32,000 nt of DNA from the NCBI RefSeq assembly GCF_003945235.1, contig NZ_RSDW01000001.1, forward strand, positions 5,160,001-5,192,000. The letters are read 5' to 3'. The position numbers and the translations under genes were made by a program. The DNA comes from Edaphobacter aggregans. GTDB taxonomy: Bacteria > Acidobacteriota > Terriglobia > Terriglobales > Acidobacteriaceae. Numbering within the stretch: the stretch's first letter is position 1; each line of letters begins with the position of its first letter. The notes below the pieces were generated by a model. It made no database searches. It was not told the DNA's origin and saw only the letters and a program-made list of their open reading frames with translations. Shown here in pieces: positions 7,394 through 13,832 of this stretch.

Positions 7394-8577
7394 GATGTCT
7401 TCCCGAATAGTTCCTTGATCCAGGACACTACCGCCGCGCCCCCGCTCACCAGGATTGCGAGAATAAAAGCTGGGAACAGTTGCCGCGGGTCAATGTCCAG
7501 ACCAAAGATGACTAATCTCGAATTTCCGTAGGCGGTGAGCATGATGCCCACGAATTCGGCAATCACTCCAAGCACAAGCGCAGTGAGGATCGCGTGCAAA
7601 GCGCGTTCGTCCTGCTTGCCGAGCTTGCCGGTGAGCTGATACTTTGCCAGCAAACCCAAAGCGATGCCTCCGCAGAGCGCCAGCCCAAGCCCAATTAGAC
7701 CAGGGCCAAAGCGAACCTTGACGAGAACCGTCTGTCGTCTATCTGATCCTCCCGGGACCGTGTGGTACGTGAGGATCAGTGAAAGGGTATCGTGTGGCAC
7801 ATCGGTCTTAATCGCGAGAGCTCCCTGCATCAATGCGGGTATCGTGTTCGGGGAAAGATTCAGAAGCAGGTTCGCACTCGTTCCTGGATCGACCGTCAAA
7901 GGGTTCTTCTCGCTCACCGAGGAAGCGATTCGTGTCCAACACCTCGGGCAGTCTTCACTCACTGTCACGTCCGTCACAGCGATCGGTAATGTGTCCGCGA
8001 CATTTCCCAGATGGATTTGGAGTGGAGTCGTACCTGAGACGCTTACATAAGCCGGTTCGTTTTGTTTCTCCACCGTGAGCAGGTCTGCAGCGGCGGCGTT
8101 GTACACAGGCATCAAGATCGAGCCCGGGAAGGTGTTCGAATCAATCTTGACGTGAAACGAAACCCTGACCGGCGAATCGCGAAATGATCCCGCCGGGTTT
8201 CCGGTTATTTGATACTTATATGCTTCTCGCGCTGTCCCTTTTGCGCTCACCAGATATGCGGTAAGCGTGAACGCATTGAATCGGACTTGCTGGATGCTGG
8301 CCATATCGATGCAGAGCCGGAACGCCTGATCATCAGTCTGTGCAACCGTGAATTGCGGGACGGGACAATCTGCGCGACTATCCGGTCCGAGGGCAAGGGT
8401 GGAGAAGCTGACCACTCCCTCCTGTCGCACATTCACGGAATCGATGACGAGCTGCGGCTTCGTTGGTTGTCCGAAAACATGGGAGGTGCAAAAGATCGAG
8501 ACCAGCAGAAAAACGCCGAGGTTATGCCCATAAGCTCCGCATAAATGTCTCGAATTCGCGCGTGCGCAGTTTGGCAT
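7390..8577 (-). CDS. Hypothetical envelope protein: N-terminal signal/anchor, ~270-aa beta-rich exported domain, three C-terminal TM helices
   Basis: The 395-aa ORF has a hydrophobic N-terminus, LGVFLLVSIFCTSHVFGQ. The C-terminal helices are GLIGLGLALCGGIALGLLA, ILTALVLGVIAEFVGIMLTAY and FPAFILAILVSGGAAVVSW. It is translationally coupled to the propeller gene. No family recognised. Confidence 0.65.
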   Translation of the reverse strand: MPNCARANSRHLCGAYGHNLGVFLLVSIFCTSHVFGQPTKPQLVIDSVNVRQEGVVSFSTLALGPDSRADCPVPQFTVAQTDDQAFRLCIDMASIQQVRFNAFTLTAYLVSAKGTAREAYKYQITGNPAGSFRDSPVRVSFHVKIDSNTFPGSILMPVYNAAAADLLTVEKQNEPAYVSVSGTTPLQIHLGNVADTLPIAVTDVTVSEDCPRCWTRIASSVSEKNPLTVDPGTSANLLLNLSPNTIPALMQGALAIKTDVPHDTLSLILTYHTVPGGSDRRQTVLVKVRFGPGLIGLGLALCGGIALGLLAKYQLTGKLGKQDERALHAILTALVLGVIAEFVGIMLTAYGNSRLVIFGLDIDPRQLFPAFILAILVSGGAAVVSWIKELFGKTS

Positions 8578-8758
8578 AGTCGAACGCCAAGTTATTCTCA
8601 GACTCGTTCACACTCGTGCAGTAGCCCAGGCACTTTTCGCCGGCATCAAGATAACTGGGAAGCAGTCATAAAACTGCGCTTTGCCACCGGTCCCAGCGAT
8701 TGATCATTATGCATGAGCTAACGCTCAGTATCAAGGTGCATGTCGGTGGGCGGTTGGG

Positions 8759-10195
8759 CTAACAGCCTTTCCTGGATCGTTCCTGGATGGCTTTGTGGGC
8801 GGCGGCCCAGCCGAGTTTGTTGGCCTGGCGGGCGCGGCCGAGGGCCAGGGCTCCTGATGGGACGTCTTCGGTGATACAGCTTCCGGCGGCTACGTAGGAT
8901 CCGGACTCGACGGTGATTGGGGCAACTAGGGTGGAGTCGGAGCCGATGAAGACGTTGTCGCCGATGGTGGTGAGGTGCTTGTTGACGCCGTCGTAGTTGC
9001 AGGTGATGGCTCCGGCGCCGATGTTGGTTCCGGTGCCGATGACGGCGTCGCCGAGGTAGCTGAGGTGGTTGGCCTTGGAGCCCTTGCCGAGGGTGACTTT
9101 TTTGGTCTCGACGAAGTTGCCGACGTGGCAGTTTTCGCCGATGTTGCTGTCGGGACGGACGTGAGTGTAGGGGCCGATGAGCGCGCTGCTGGCGATGGTG
9201 GCGGAGTCGATGATGCAGCCGTTGCGGATGGTGACGTTGTCGCCGATGGTTGTGTTCTGGATGACGGAGTAGGAGCGGATGCGACAGTCGGAGCCGATGC
9301 GGGTGGCGCCGAGGAGTTGGACGTAGGGCTCAATGACGGTGTCGGGTTCGACGGTGACCTGCGCGTCGATGATGCAGGTTTCCGGGCGGAAGATGGTGAC
9401 CCCGGAGGCCATGAGGCGGCGGGCGGTGGCGAGGCGCATGGCGGCATCGAGGTGCATCATCTCGGCGATGGTGTTGGCTCCGAGGACTTCGTCGATGCTG
9501 TCAGCTTTGACGGCTACGACGCGTTCGCCGTCGGCTACGAGCATGGCGGCGACATCGGTGAGGTAGAACTCGCCGTGGGCGTTGTTGGTGTCGAGAGCGT
9601 CGAGTTTGGCGAAGAGCTTCGAGGTTTCGAAGCAGTAGATGCCGGAATTGATCTCGGGGGCTTTTAGCTGATTGGGCAGGAGGGATTTTTGTTCGACGAT
9701 GGCGGTGACTTCGGGGCCGTCGGGTGTGACGCGGATGACGCGGCCGTAGCCGGTGGGGTCTGCCGGGACGGCGGTGAGGATGGTCATGGCGGCGCGCTCG
9801 GCGAGGTGGAGGTCGCGGATGGCGGCGAGGGTTTCGGGACGGATGAGGGGGACGTCGCCGGAGAGGACGAGAAGATGCTCGGGGAGGGAAGCGCCGGTGA
9901 GGGCGAAGTCGGCCTTGAGCATCTGGAGGGCGTGGCCGGTGCCGCGCTGCTCGGCTTGCAGGACGAACTGGACGCCGGTTGGGGCGACGGCGGTGCGGAC
10001 GCGGTCGGCTTCGTGGCCGATGATGCAGTAGATGTGCTCGGCTGGGACGAGGGTTTTGGCGGCGGCGATGACGTGAAGAAGGAGGGCCTGGCCGCCGATC
10101 TCGTGGAGAACTTTGGGGCGCTTGCTCTTGAGGCGGGTGCCTTTGCCGGCGGCCATGATGGCGATGGCGAATCCTTTGGTGTCCATGTTGTCCAT
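8759..10195 (-). CDS. glmU: Bifunctional UDP-N-acetylglucosamine diphosphorylase / glucosamine-1-phosphate N-acetyltransferase
   Basis: The N-terminal nucleotidyltransferase motif is AAGKGTRLKSKRPKVLH. The C-terminal left-handed beta-helix has hexapeptide repeats (IGDNVTIRNGCII.., IGENCHVGNFVE.., IGTGTNIGAGAITCNYDG). Length is 478 aa. Confidence 0.95.
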   Translation of the reverse strand: MDNMDTKGFAIAIMAAGKGTRLKSKRPKVLHEIGGQALLLHVIAAAKTLVPAEHIYCIIGHEADRVRTAVAPTGVQFVLQAEQRGTGHALQMLKADFALTGASLPEHLLVLSGDVPLIRPETLAAIRDLHLAERAAMTILTAVPADPTGYGRVIRVTPDGPEVTAIVEQKSLLPNQLKAPEINSGIYCFETSKLFAKLDALDTNNAHGEFYLTDVAAMLVADGERVVAVKADSIDEVLGANTIAEMMHLDAAMRLATARRLMASGVTIFRPETCIIDAQVTVEPDTVIEPYVQLLGATRIGSDCRIRSYSVIQNTTIGDNVTIRNGCIIDSATIASSALIGPYTHVRPDSNIGENCHVGNFVETKKVTLGKGSKANHLSYLGDAVIGTGTNIGAGAITCNYDGVNKHLTTIGDNVFIGSDSTLVAPITVESGSYVAAGSCITEDVPSGALALGRARQANKLGWAAAHKAIQERSRKGC

Positions 10196-10343
10196 GAGGA
10201 TATGGTCTCACGGTGGGCGGGTCGGATGGCACACCTAGTGTTTCGACTGGGTTAGGAAGGCAGGTAGTGCTTTAGTCCGAATGATCTAGTCATGCGATAA
10301 GGACTGCAGGAACGTTGGTCATGTCGCTCTTCAAGGAAAACAA

Positions 10344-10769
10344 TTGATGAAGATAAAAATCGCATCTTTAACTGTGCTTATGTCCTCAGTTGTATCGGTT
10401 CTCTCCATGGGCCATGCAGCTTATGCCGCGGTTCGCATTGGAGGATCGTCTTTGCGCGCCAATGGGCAGGTTGCCGAGGGGTATCAATATAGCGGACCGT
10501 GCCCGGTTGACCTTAAGTTCGGCTGGGGAGTTATCGCCTCGTCACCCACGGCAGTGACCTATACGTTTTCCCGGAGCGATGGCGGGCATACTTCCTCGTC
10601 TCGGACGGTTGACTTATCGCAACCGAACCGCTCTGTGCCGATCTATGACGATTGGCGGCTTGGGGCGAACACGCCGCAGTTCAGAAGCTATAGGGGTTGG
10701 GTACAGATCGACATCCAGTCTCCGAATGCTGTTGCGCAGAAGATTCCGTTCACCATTCATTGCCAGTAG
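10344..10769 (+). CDS. Small secreted protein, hypothetical (two Cys, beta-rich)
   Basis: The signal peptide is MMKIKIASLTVLMSSVVSVLSMGHAAYA. The mature part is ~113 aa, with Cys at residue 53 of the precursor and at the penultimate position. A strong terminator lies 23 nt after the stop. The 5' end is noticeably AT-richer than neighbouring genes. Confidence 0.6.
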   Translation: MMKIKIASLTVLMSSVVSVLSMGHAAYAAVRIGGSSLRANGQVAEGYQYSGPCPVDLKFGWGVIASSPTAVTYTFSRSDGGHTSSSRTVDLSQPNRSVPIYDDWRLGANTPQFRSYRGWVQIDIQSPNAVAQKIPFTIHCQ

Positions 10770-10791
10770 TGGGGTATCGCGCAAAAAGCTA

Positions 10792-10823
10792 AGGGGCGAG
10801 CTCCCTTTCGAGATCTCGCCCCT
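10792..10823. terminator. Bidirectional intrinsic terminator
   Basis: A 9-bp GC-rich stem, AGGGGCGAG (10792-10800) / CTCGCCCCT (10815-10823), with an extra inner CTC/GAG pairing. A T-tract follows on both strands: + gctttccgattttt, - tagcttttt. Confidence 0.8.
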
Positions 10824-11003
10824 GCTTTCCGATTTTTCGAAGATCTGGTTCGGGATCCAGATCACACCGATCGTCACGTCGTAGTTTGTTCGGATCCTAC
10901 GAGCTTGCGCCCGCGCTCTCCTTACTCTTCCGTCATTCCATTCGCTGTAAGAGCTTTCTCGTGCCACCCATCCGCATCCAGTTTCCTGGATACTTCTGCG
11001 AGT

Positions 11004-11091
11004 TCCGTTCCCGGCTCTCTCGAGTTTCGTTGCCGATTCCCTTGAGCTCCGTTGTCGGTTGTCTGAGTCTCGTTGCCGATCCTCTTGATGG
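11004..11091. repeat. Tandem repeat, 4 units of 21-22 nt (a degenerate 5th at 11092-11113), with a higher-order ~43-nt period
   Basis: The units are tccgttcccggctctctcgagt / ttcgttgccgattcccttgagc / tccgttgtcggttgtctgagtc / tcgttgccgatcctcttgatgg. CCGTT/TCGTT cores start at 11005, 11027, 11049 and 11070. Units 2 and 4 share 21/24 nt (gagtttcgttgccgattcccttga vs gagtctcgttgccgatcctcttga). Confidence 0.8.
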
Positions 11092-11188
11092 CTCTTGTCT
11101 ACTCTCTCCTTCTGGAAGATCTCTCTTCCGTTGAGATGAATAGTACGCTTGATATTCGGGAATGCAAGTGGTTATAAGAGGCTTTTTA

Positions 11189-11218
11189 TGTGGAAATTAC
11201 GCGTGTTTTGTGGAAATT
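11189..11218. promoter_or_regulatory. Perfect 10-bp direct repeat TGTGGAAATT x2 at 20-bp spacing: candidate response-regulator (LytTR-type) box
   Basis: TGTGGAAATT occurs at 11189-11198 and 11209-11218, which reads AATTTCCACA on the - strand. The pair lies 18 nt beyond the stop of the LytTR gene. On the - strand, the proximal copy ends 12 nt upstream of a TATAAC hexamer. Confidence 0.4.
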
Positions 11219-11235
11219 CGACCTAAGTGAATGTG

Positions 11236-11988
11236 TCACGACGTTTGCGAGTTACTAACTCCCAAACGATTTTGTAGTTGCTTGCGATAACTCCGACTTA
11301 GTCGAAGTTTAGTTCCGTTTTCGAGCAGCACTTCATATTCGCCGTCTTCGTTGAGCTTTAGGCCACGGACGTGATTCATGTTGACGATGGTTGAACGGTG
11401 GATGCGGCAGAACGTCGCTGAGTCCAGGTCTTGCTCGAGTTCAGATATGCTGCGACGCAACATGTGTGTTCGCTGTCCGACGTGAAGGCAGGCGTAGTAG
11501 TCGGCGGCTTCGATCCAATCGATCTCGGAGGCTCGCAGGAACGAGACACGGCCGGCGCTCTTGATGGCGAGGCGTTCGAGTTTTTCTGGGAGATCTTTGC
11601 CGAGTTTGATTTTTTGTTTTGCACGGTCGAGGGCGAGATCGAATCGCGCGTTGTCGAATGGCTTCAAGAGGTAGTCGAGTGCTCCGGCTTCGAAGGCGCG
11701 TAGTGCGTATTGATCGTAGGCGGTTACGAAGACGATGGCTGGGGGGACATCTTTGCCAAGAAGTTCGAGTACGTCGAAGCCGTCGCACTCGGGCATCTGG
11801 ACGTCGAGGAAGACAAGGTCGGGTTTGGCGTTGCGGATTAGTGCAGGTGCGTCTACGCCGGAGCCGCATTCGGCTACGATTTCAATCTTCGGATCGAGGC
11901 GCAGGAGCACGGCGAGATTGCTTCGCGCGAGTGGTTCGTCGTCCACAATGACCGTGGTTATTTTGTCGGGTCGTTCTGATGCGGGCAC
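11236..11988 (-). CDS. Two-component response regulator, LytR/AlgR family (REC + LytTR DNA-binding domain)
   Basis: The REC domain is VIVDDEPLARSNL..DLVFLDVQMPECDGFDVL..VTAYDQYALRAFEAGALDYLLKP. The LytTR domain is ..IDWIEAADYYACLHVGQRTHMLRRSISELEQDLDSATFCRIHRSTIVN. Confidence 0.92.
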   Translation of the reverse strand: MPASERPDKITTVIVDDEPLARSNLAVLLRLDPKIEIVAECGSGVDAPALIRNAKPDLVFLDVQMPECDGFDVLELLGKDVPPAIVFVTAYDQYALRAFEAGALDYLLKPFDNARFDLALDRAKQKIKLGKDLPEKLERLAIKSAGRVSFLRASEIDWIEAADYYACLHVGQRTHMLRRSISELEQDLDSATFCRIHRSTIVNMNHVRGLKLNEDGEYEVLLENGTKLRLSRSYRKQLQNRLGVSNSQTS

Positions 11989-11992
11989 GAAA

Positions 11993-13084
11993 CTACTCCT
12001 TGAAGGGTACGGAGACGGAGACTTCTACACCGCCGGGGGCCTGGTTTTGCATGTTCAGTTTGAAGTCGTCTCCGTAGAGGCTTTGCAAGCGGGTTCGGAT
12101 GTTCGAGATTCCGATTCCGGTTTGGGTCTCATTGTTCGCGGGAAGGCCGGGGCCGTCGTTGTAAACGCTGAGGGTGAGCATGTCGTTGGAGCGAGACGCG
12201 AGGATGCGGACTGAGCCTCCCTGGGCTCGTTTTGCGATGCCGTGTTTGATGGCGTTTTCGACCATGGGTTGCAGGATGAGTGTCGGGACTTGGGCGAGAA
12301 GAAGGTCGTTGGGGACGTTCACGGTGCACTGGAGGCGCTCGACGAAGCGGGCTTTCTGGATTTCGAGATACTTCCGCGCGAACTCGAGTTCTTCGCCGAG
12401 GGGTACTTGTTGACGATTGGAATCTTCGAGGACGCGGCGCATGAAGTCGCTTAGCTCGACGATCATGGTTACGGCTGCGTCGGTTCTCTTTTCGCGGACG
12501 AGACCGGCGATGGAGTTGAGTGTGTTGAAGAGGAAGTGCGGCTCGATTTGTCTGCGGAGGGCGCTGAGTTGGGCCTTTGAGAGCTGCTCGTTGAGGCGCG
12601 CGGTCTCGGTTTGTTCGAGGGCGAGACGCTCGCGTGAGTCGAGCATGTGACTAGCCAGAAGGATCGTAATGTAGAGGACCAAGTACGAGAGAAGTCCGCT
12701 GTAGAACTTCTCCAAAAAGAGCCTTGAATAAGTTCCGGGCCCTGGCATGTTGGCGTATGGGTTCATCAACTTTTCCAGGGCGGCGGTCCATGCGGCGGAG
12801 ATGAGGCCAATGGCGGTGCAGGCGGCAAGATGCCTGATCCATCTTGAGATGGGTCTCCACTGTATGGGAGGGTAACGGCGACCGAGGCGAAGCACCGTCG
12901 GCGTCGCAAGTGCCCATGGCAGCCAGCCGATCAACAAGGCTATGAAGAGGCGTCCCCAGTTGTGGTGCATGCCTTCGGCGCGCATGACGAAGACGTTCTG
13001 CGTGGCATCGAACAGCCCGACGGCGGACCAGATGGCTGCAATCCAGAACCATTGTTGCGATTGCGCGCGTGTGTGCTTGTCCAT
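11993..13084 (-). CDS. Sensor histidine kinase, LytS/YehU-type (His_kinase PF06580-like + HATPase_c), multi-TM N-terminus
   Basis: Signature LRRQIEPHFLFNTLNSIAGLV; ATPase boxes LQPMVENAIKHG, VYNDGPGLP and GIGISNIRTRLQSLYG; four to five N-terminal hydrophobic helices. It ends 4 nt before the regulator start. Confidence 0.9.
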   Translation of the reverse strand: MDKHTRAQSQQWFWIAAIWSAVGLFDATQNVFVMRAEGMHHNWGRLFIALLIGWLPWALATPTVLRLGRRYPPIQWRPISRWIRHLAACTAIGLISAAWTAALEKLMNPYANMPGPGTYSRLFLEKFYSGLLSYLVLYITILLASHMLDSRERLALEQTETARLNEQLSKAQLSALRRQIEPHFLFNTLNSIAGLVREKRTDAAVTMIVELSDFMRRVLEDSNRQQVPLGEELEFARKYLEIQKARFVERLQCTVNVPNDLLLAQVPTLILQPMVENAIKHGIAKRAQGGSVRILASRSNDMLTLSVYNDGPGLPANNETQTGIGISNIRTRLQSLYGDDFKLNMQNQAPGGVEVSVSVPFKE

Positions 13085-13125
13085 AGGGAGAATCGTATTC
13101 TACGGCACTGGCTACGCGCCAAAAA

Positions 13126-13153
13126 TGCAGCGAATTGCCATCCAGGTGCAGCG
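13126..13153. promoter_or_regulatory. Direct repeat TGCAGCG x2 at 21-bp spacing in the divergent kinase / P460 promoter region
   Basis: TGCAGCGaA at 13126-13134 and TGCAGCGgA at 13147-13155. On the - strand these read TTCGCTGCA / TCCGCTGCA, pointing toward the kinase operon. The 21-bp phasing matches two helical turns. Confidence 0.3.
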
Positions 13154-13167
13154 GACGGTCTGGCTAA

Positions 13168-13821
13168 ATGAAAGAGTGTGGCGCGATACTTACCAGCATG
13201 ATCAGCAAAGTGATTCTTGGCATGTTCAGCATGGCGATGGTAGCGGCGCCGGCTTACCTTCGCGAGTATGTGGTTCCACCACCACCTCCGCCGAGCGTTG
13301 TTCCGGAGTATACGGGCGACGGGCAGATGAAGTTGCCCGAGCACTATCGGGAGTGGGTCTATCTGACGACCGGGTTCGACATGAGCTACAGCACCGGGGG
13401 GATGCAGATGGATCACCACATGTTCGACAACGTGTTTGTGAATCCTGAGGCGTACCGAGCCTTTGTGGAGACAGGCAGGTGGCCGGACAGGACGATGTTT
13501 GTGCTTGAGGTTCGCCGCGCTGAGGGAAGAGGCTCGATCAACCAGAAGGGCAATTATCAGGGGTCAGAGATCATGGGGCTTGAGGTGCATGTGAAGGATG
13601 AAGCACGCTTTCCGGGTAAGTGGGCGTTCTTCGGCTTTGATGACGGCAAGACGGCAAAGATGACTCCGACGACGGCTAGTTGCTACAGCTGCCATAGCGA
13701 ACATGGTGCGGTTGATACTACGTTCGTGCAGTTCTATCCGACACTGCTGCCGATTGCGAAGAGTAAGGGGACGTTTGCGGAGGGGTATTTGAAGGAGATG
13801 GCGGTGCCGGTGCAGAAGTAG
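13168..13821 (+). CDS. Cytochrome P460-family protein (exported mono-heme c-type)
   Basis: Hydrophobic signal ..MISKVILGMFSMAMVAAPA. A single CXXCH heme motif, CYSCH, lies near the C-terminus. Family-typical blocks are NVFVNPEAYRAFVETGRWPDRTMFVLE, GKWAFFGF and AVDTTFVQFYPTL. The start could be 13198 instead. Confidence 0.75.
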   Translation: MKECGAILTSMISKVILGMFSMAMVAAPAYLREYVVPPPPPPSVVPEYTGDGQMKLPEHYREWVYLTTGFDMSYSTGGMQMDHHMFDNVFVNPEAYRAFVETGRWPDRTMFVLEVRRAEGRGSINQKGNYQGSEIMGLEVHVKDEARFPGKWAFFGFDDGKTAKMTPTTASCYSCHSEHGAVDTTFVQFYPTLLPIAKSKGTFAEGYLKEMAVPVQK

Positions 13822-13822
13822 C
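13790..13822 (+). repeat. Left copy of a 33-nt imperfect direct repeat (last 10 codons + stop of the P460 gene)
   Basis: tgaaggagatggcggtgccggtgcagaagtagc matches 15659-15691 at 29 of 33 positions. Both copies read ..KE(M/R)(A/V)VP(V/A)QK-stop in frame. Confidence 0.85.
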
Positions 13823-13832
13823 TGTCGCGAAG

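Larger units (their letters stand above)
10792..11165 (-). ncRNA. Candidate non-coding RNA or long 3'UTR of the kinase/regulator operon (hypothetical)
   Basis: No credible ORF in any frame. The + strand is C+T-rich from about 10900 to 11130, so the - strand RNA would be purine-rich. By my hand count, 15 GGA trinucleotides fall on the - strand between 10850 and 11130. It contains the 21-22-nt tandem units and a GGAAGA-GAGA-TCTTCC hairpin (11114-11129). It ends at the 10792-10823 terminator. A TATAAC -10-like hexamer (11176 to 11171, - strand) follows the 10-bp direct repeats. Confidence 0.2.

Noticed and set aside
8926-10255. Several long ORFs overlapping glmU in other frames or on the other strand (8926..9447 -, 8975..9667 +, 9501..10232 -, 9689..10255 +), with Pro/Arg/Ala/Gly-rich products.
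   Set aside because: These are typical shadow ORFs of a GC3-rich gene, with low-complexity compositions and no start context. glmU explains the region completely.
10842-10863. The hairpin GATCTGG-ttcgggat-CCAGATC resembles a tRNA T-arm (TTCG..A loop).
   Set aside because: There is no acceptor stem, D-arm or anticodon arm around it, and both stem length and loop size are wrong for a tRNA.
10614-10967. A 117-aa - strand ORF in the orphan block.
   Set aside because: It uses a GTG start, reads through the strong 10792-10823 terminator hairpin, and continues antisense into the secreted-protein gene. It is not plausible as a gene.
11004-11091. Whether the tandem repeat could be a CRISPR array.
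   Set aside because: The units abut with no unique spacers. They are 21-22 nt and mutually divergent. No cas genes are present.
10886-11134. An 82-aa + strand ORF covering the tandem repeat.
   Set aside because: The product is low-complexity Ser/Leu/Pro/Phe-rich. The underlying repeat period of 21-22 nt is not a multiple of 3, so it is not conserved at the peptide level. There is no ribosome-binding site.
11188-11226. A 12-codon ORF, MWKLRVFCGNST, with GAGG 6 nt upstream. It spans the 10-bp direct repeats, and its Cys lies five residues from the C-terminus, superficially like an AIP thiolactone ring.
   Set aside because: It is far too short to support. The two DNA repeats fall in different frames, so the DNA repeat rather than the peptide is the conserved object. 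No AgrB-like processing enzyme or AgrC-type kinase is present. I noted it only as a curiosity.
13089-13101. The inverted repeat AGAAT-cgt-ATTCT just upstream of the kinase start.
   Set aside because: The arms are only 5 bp, which is common by chance. It overlaps the TAGAAT -10 candidate and adds nothing testable beyond it.
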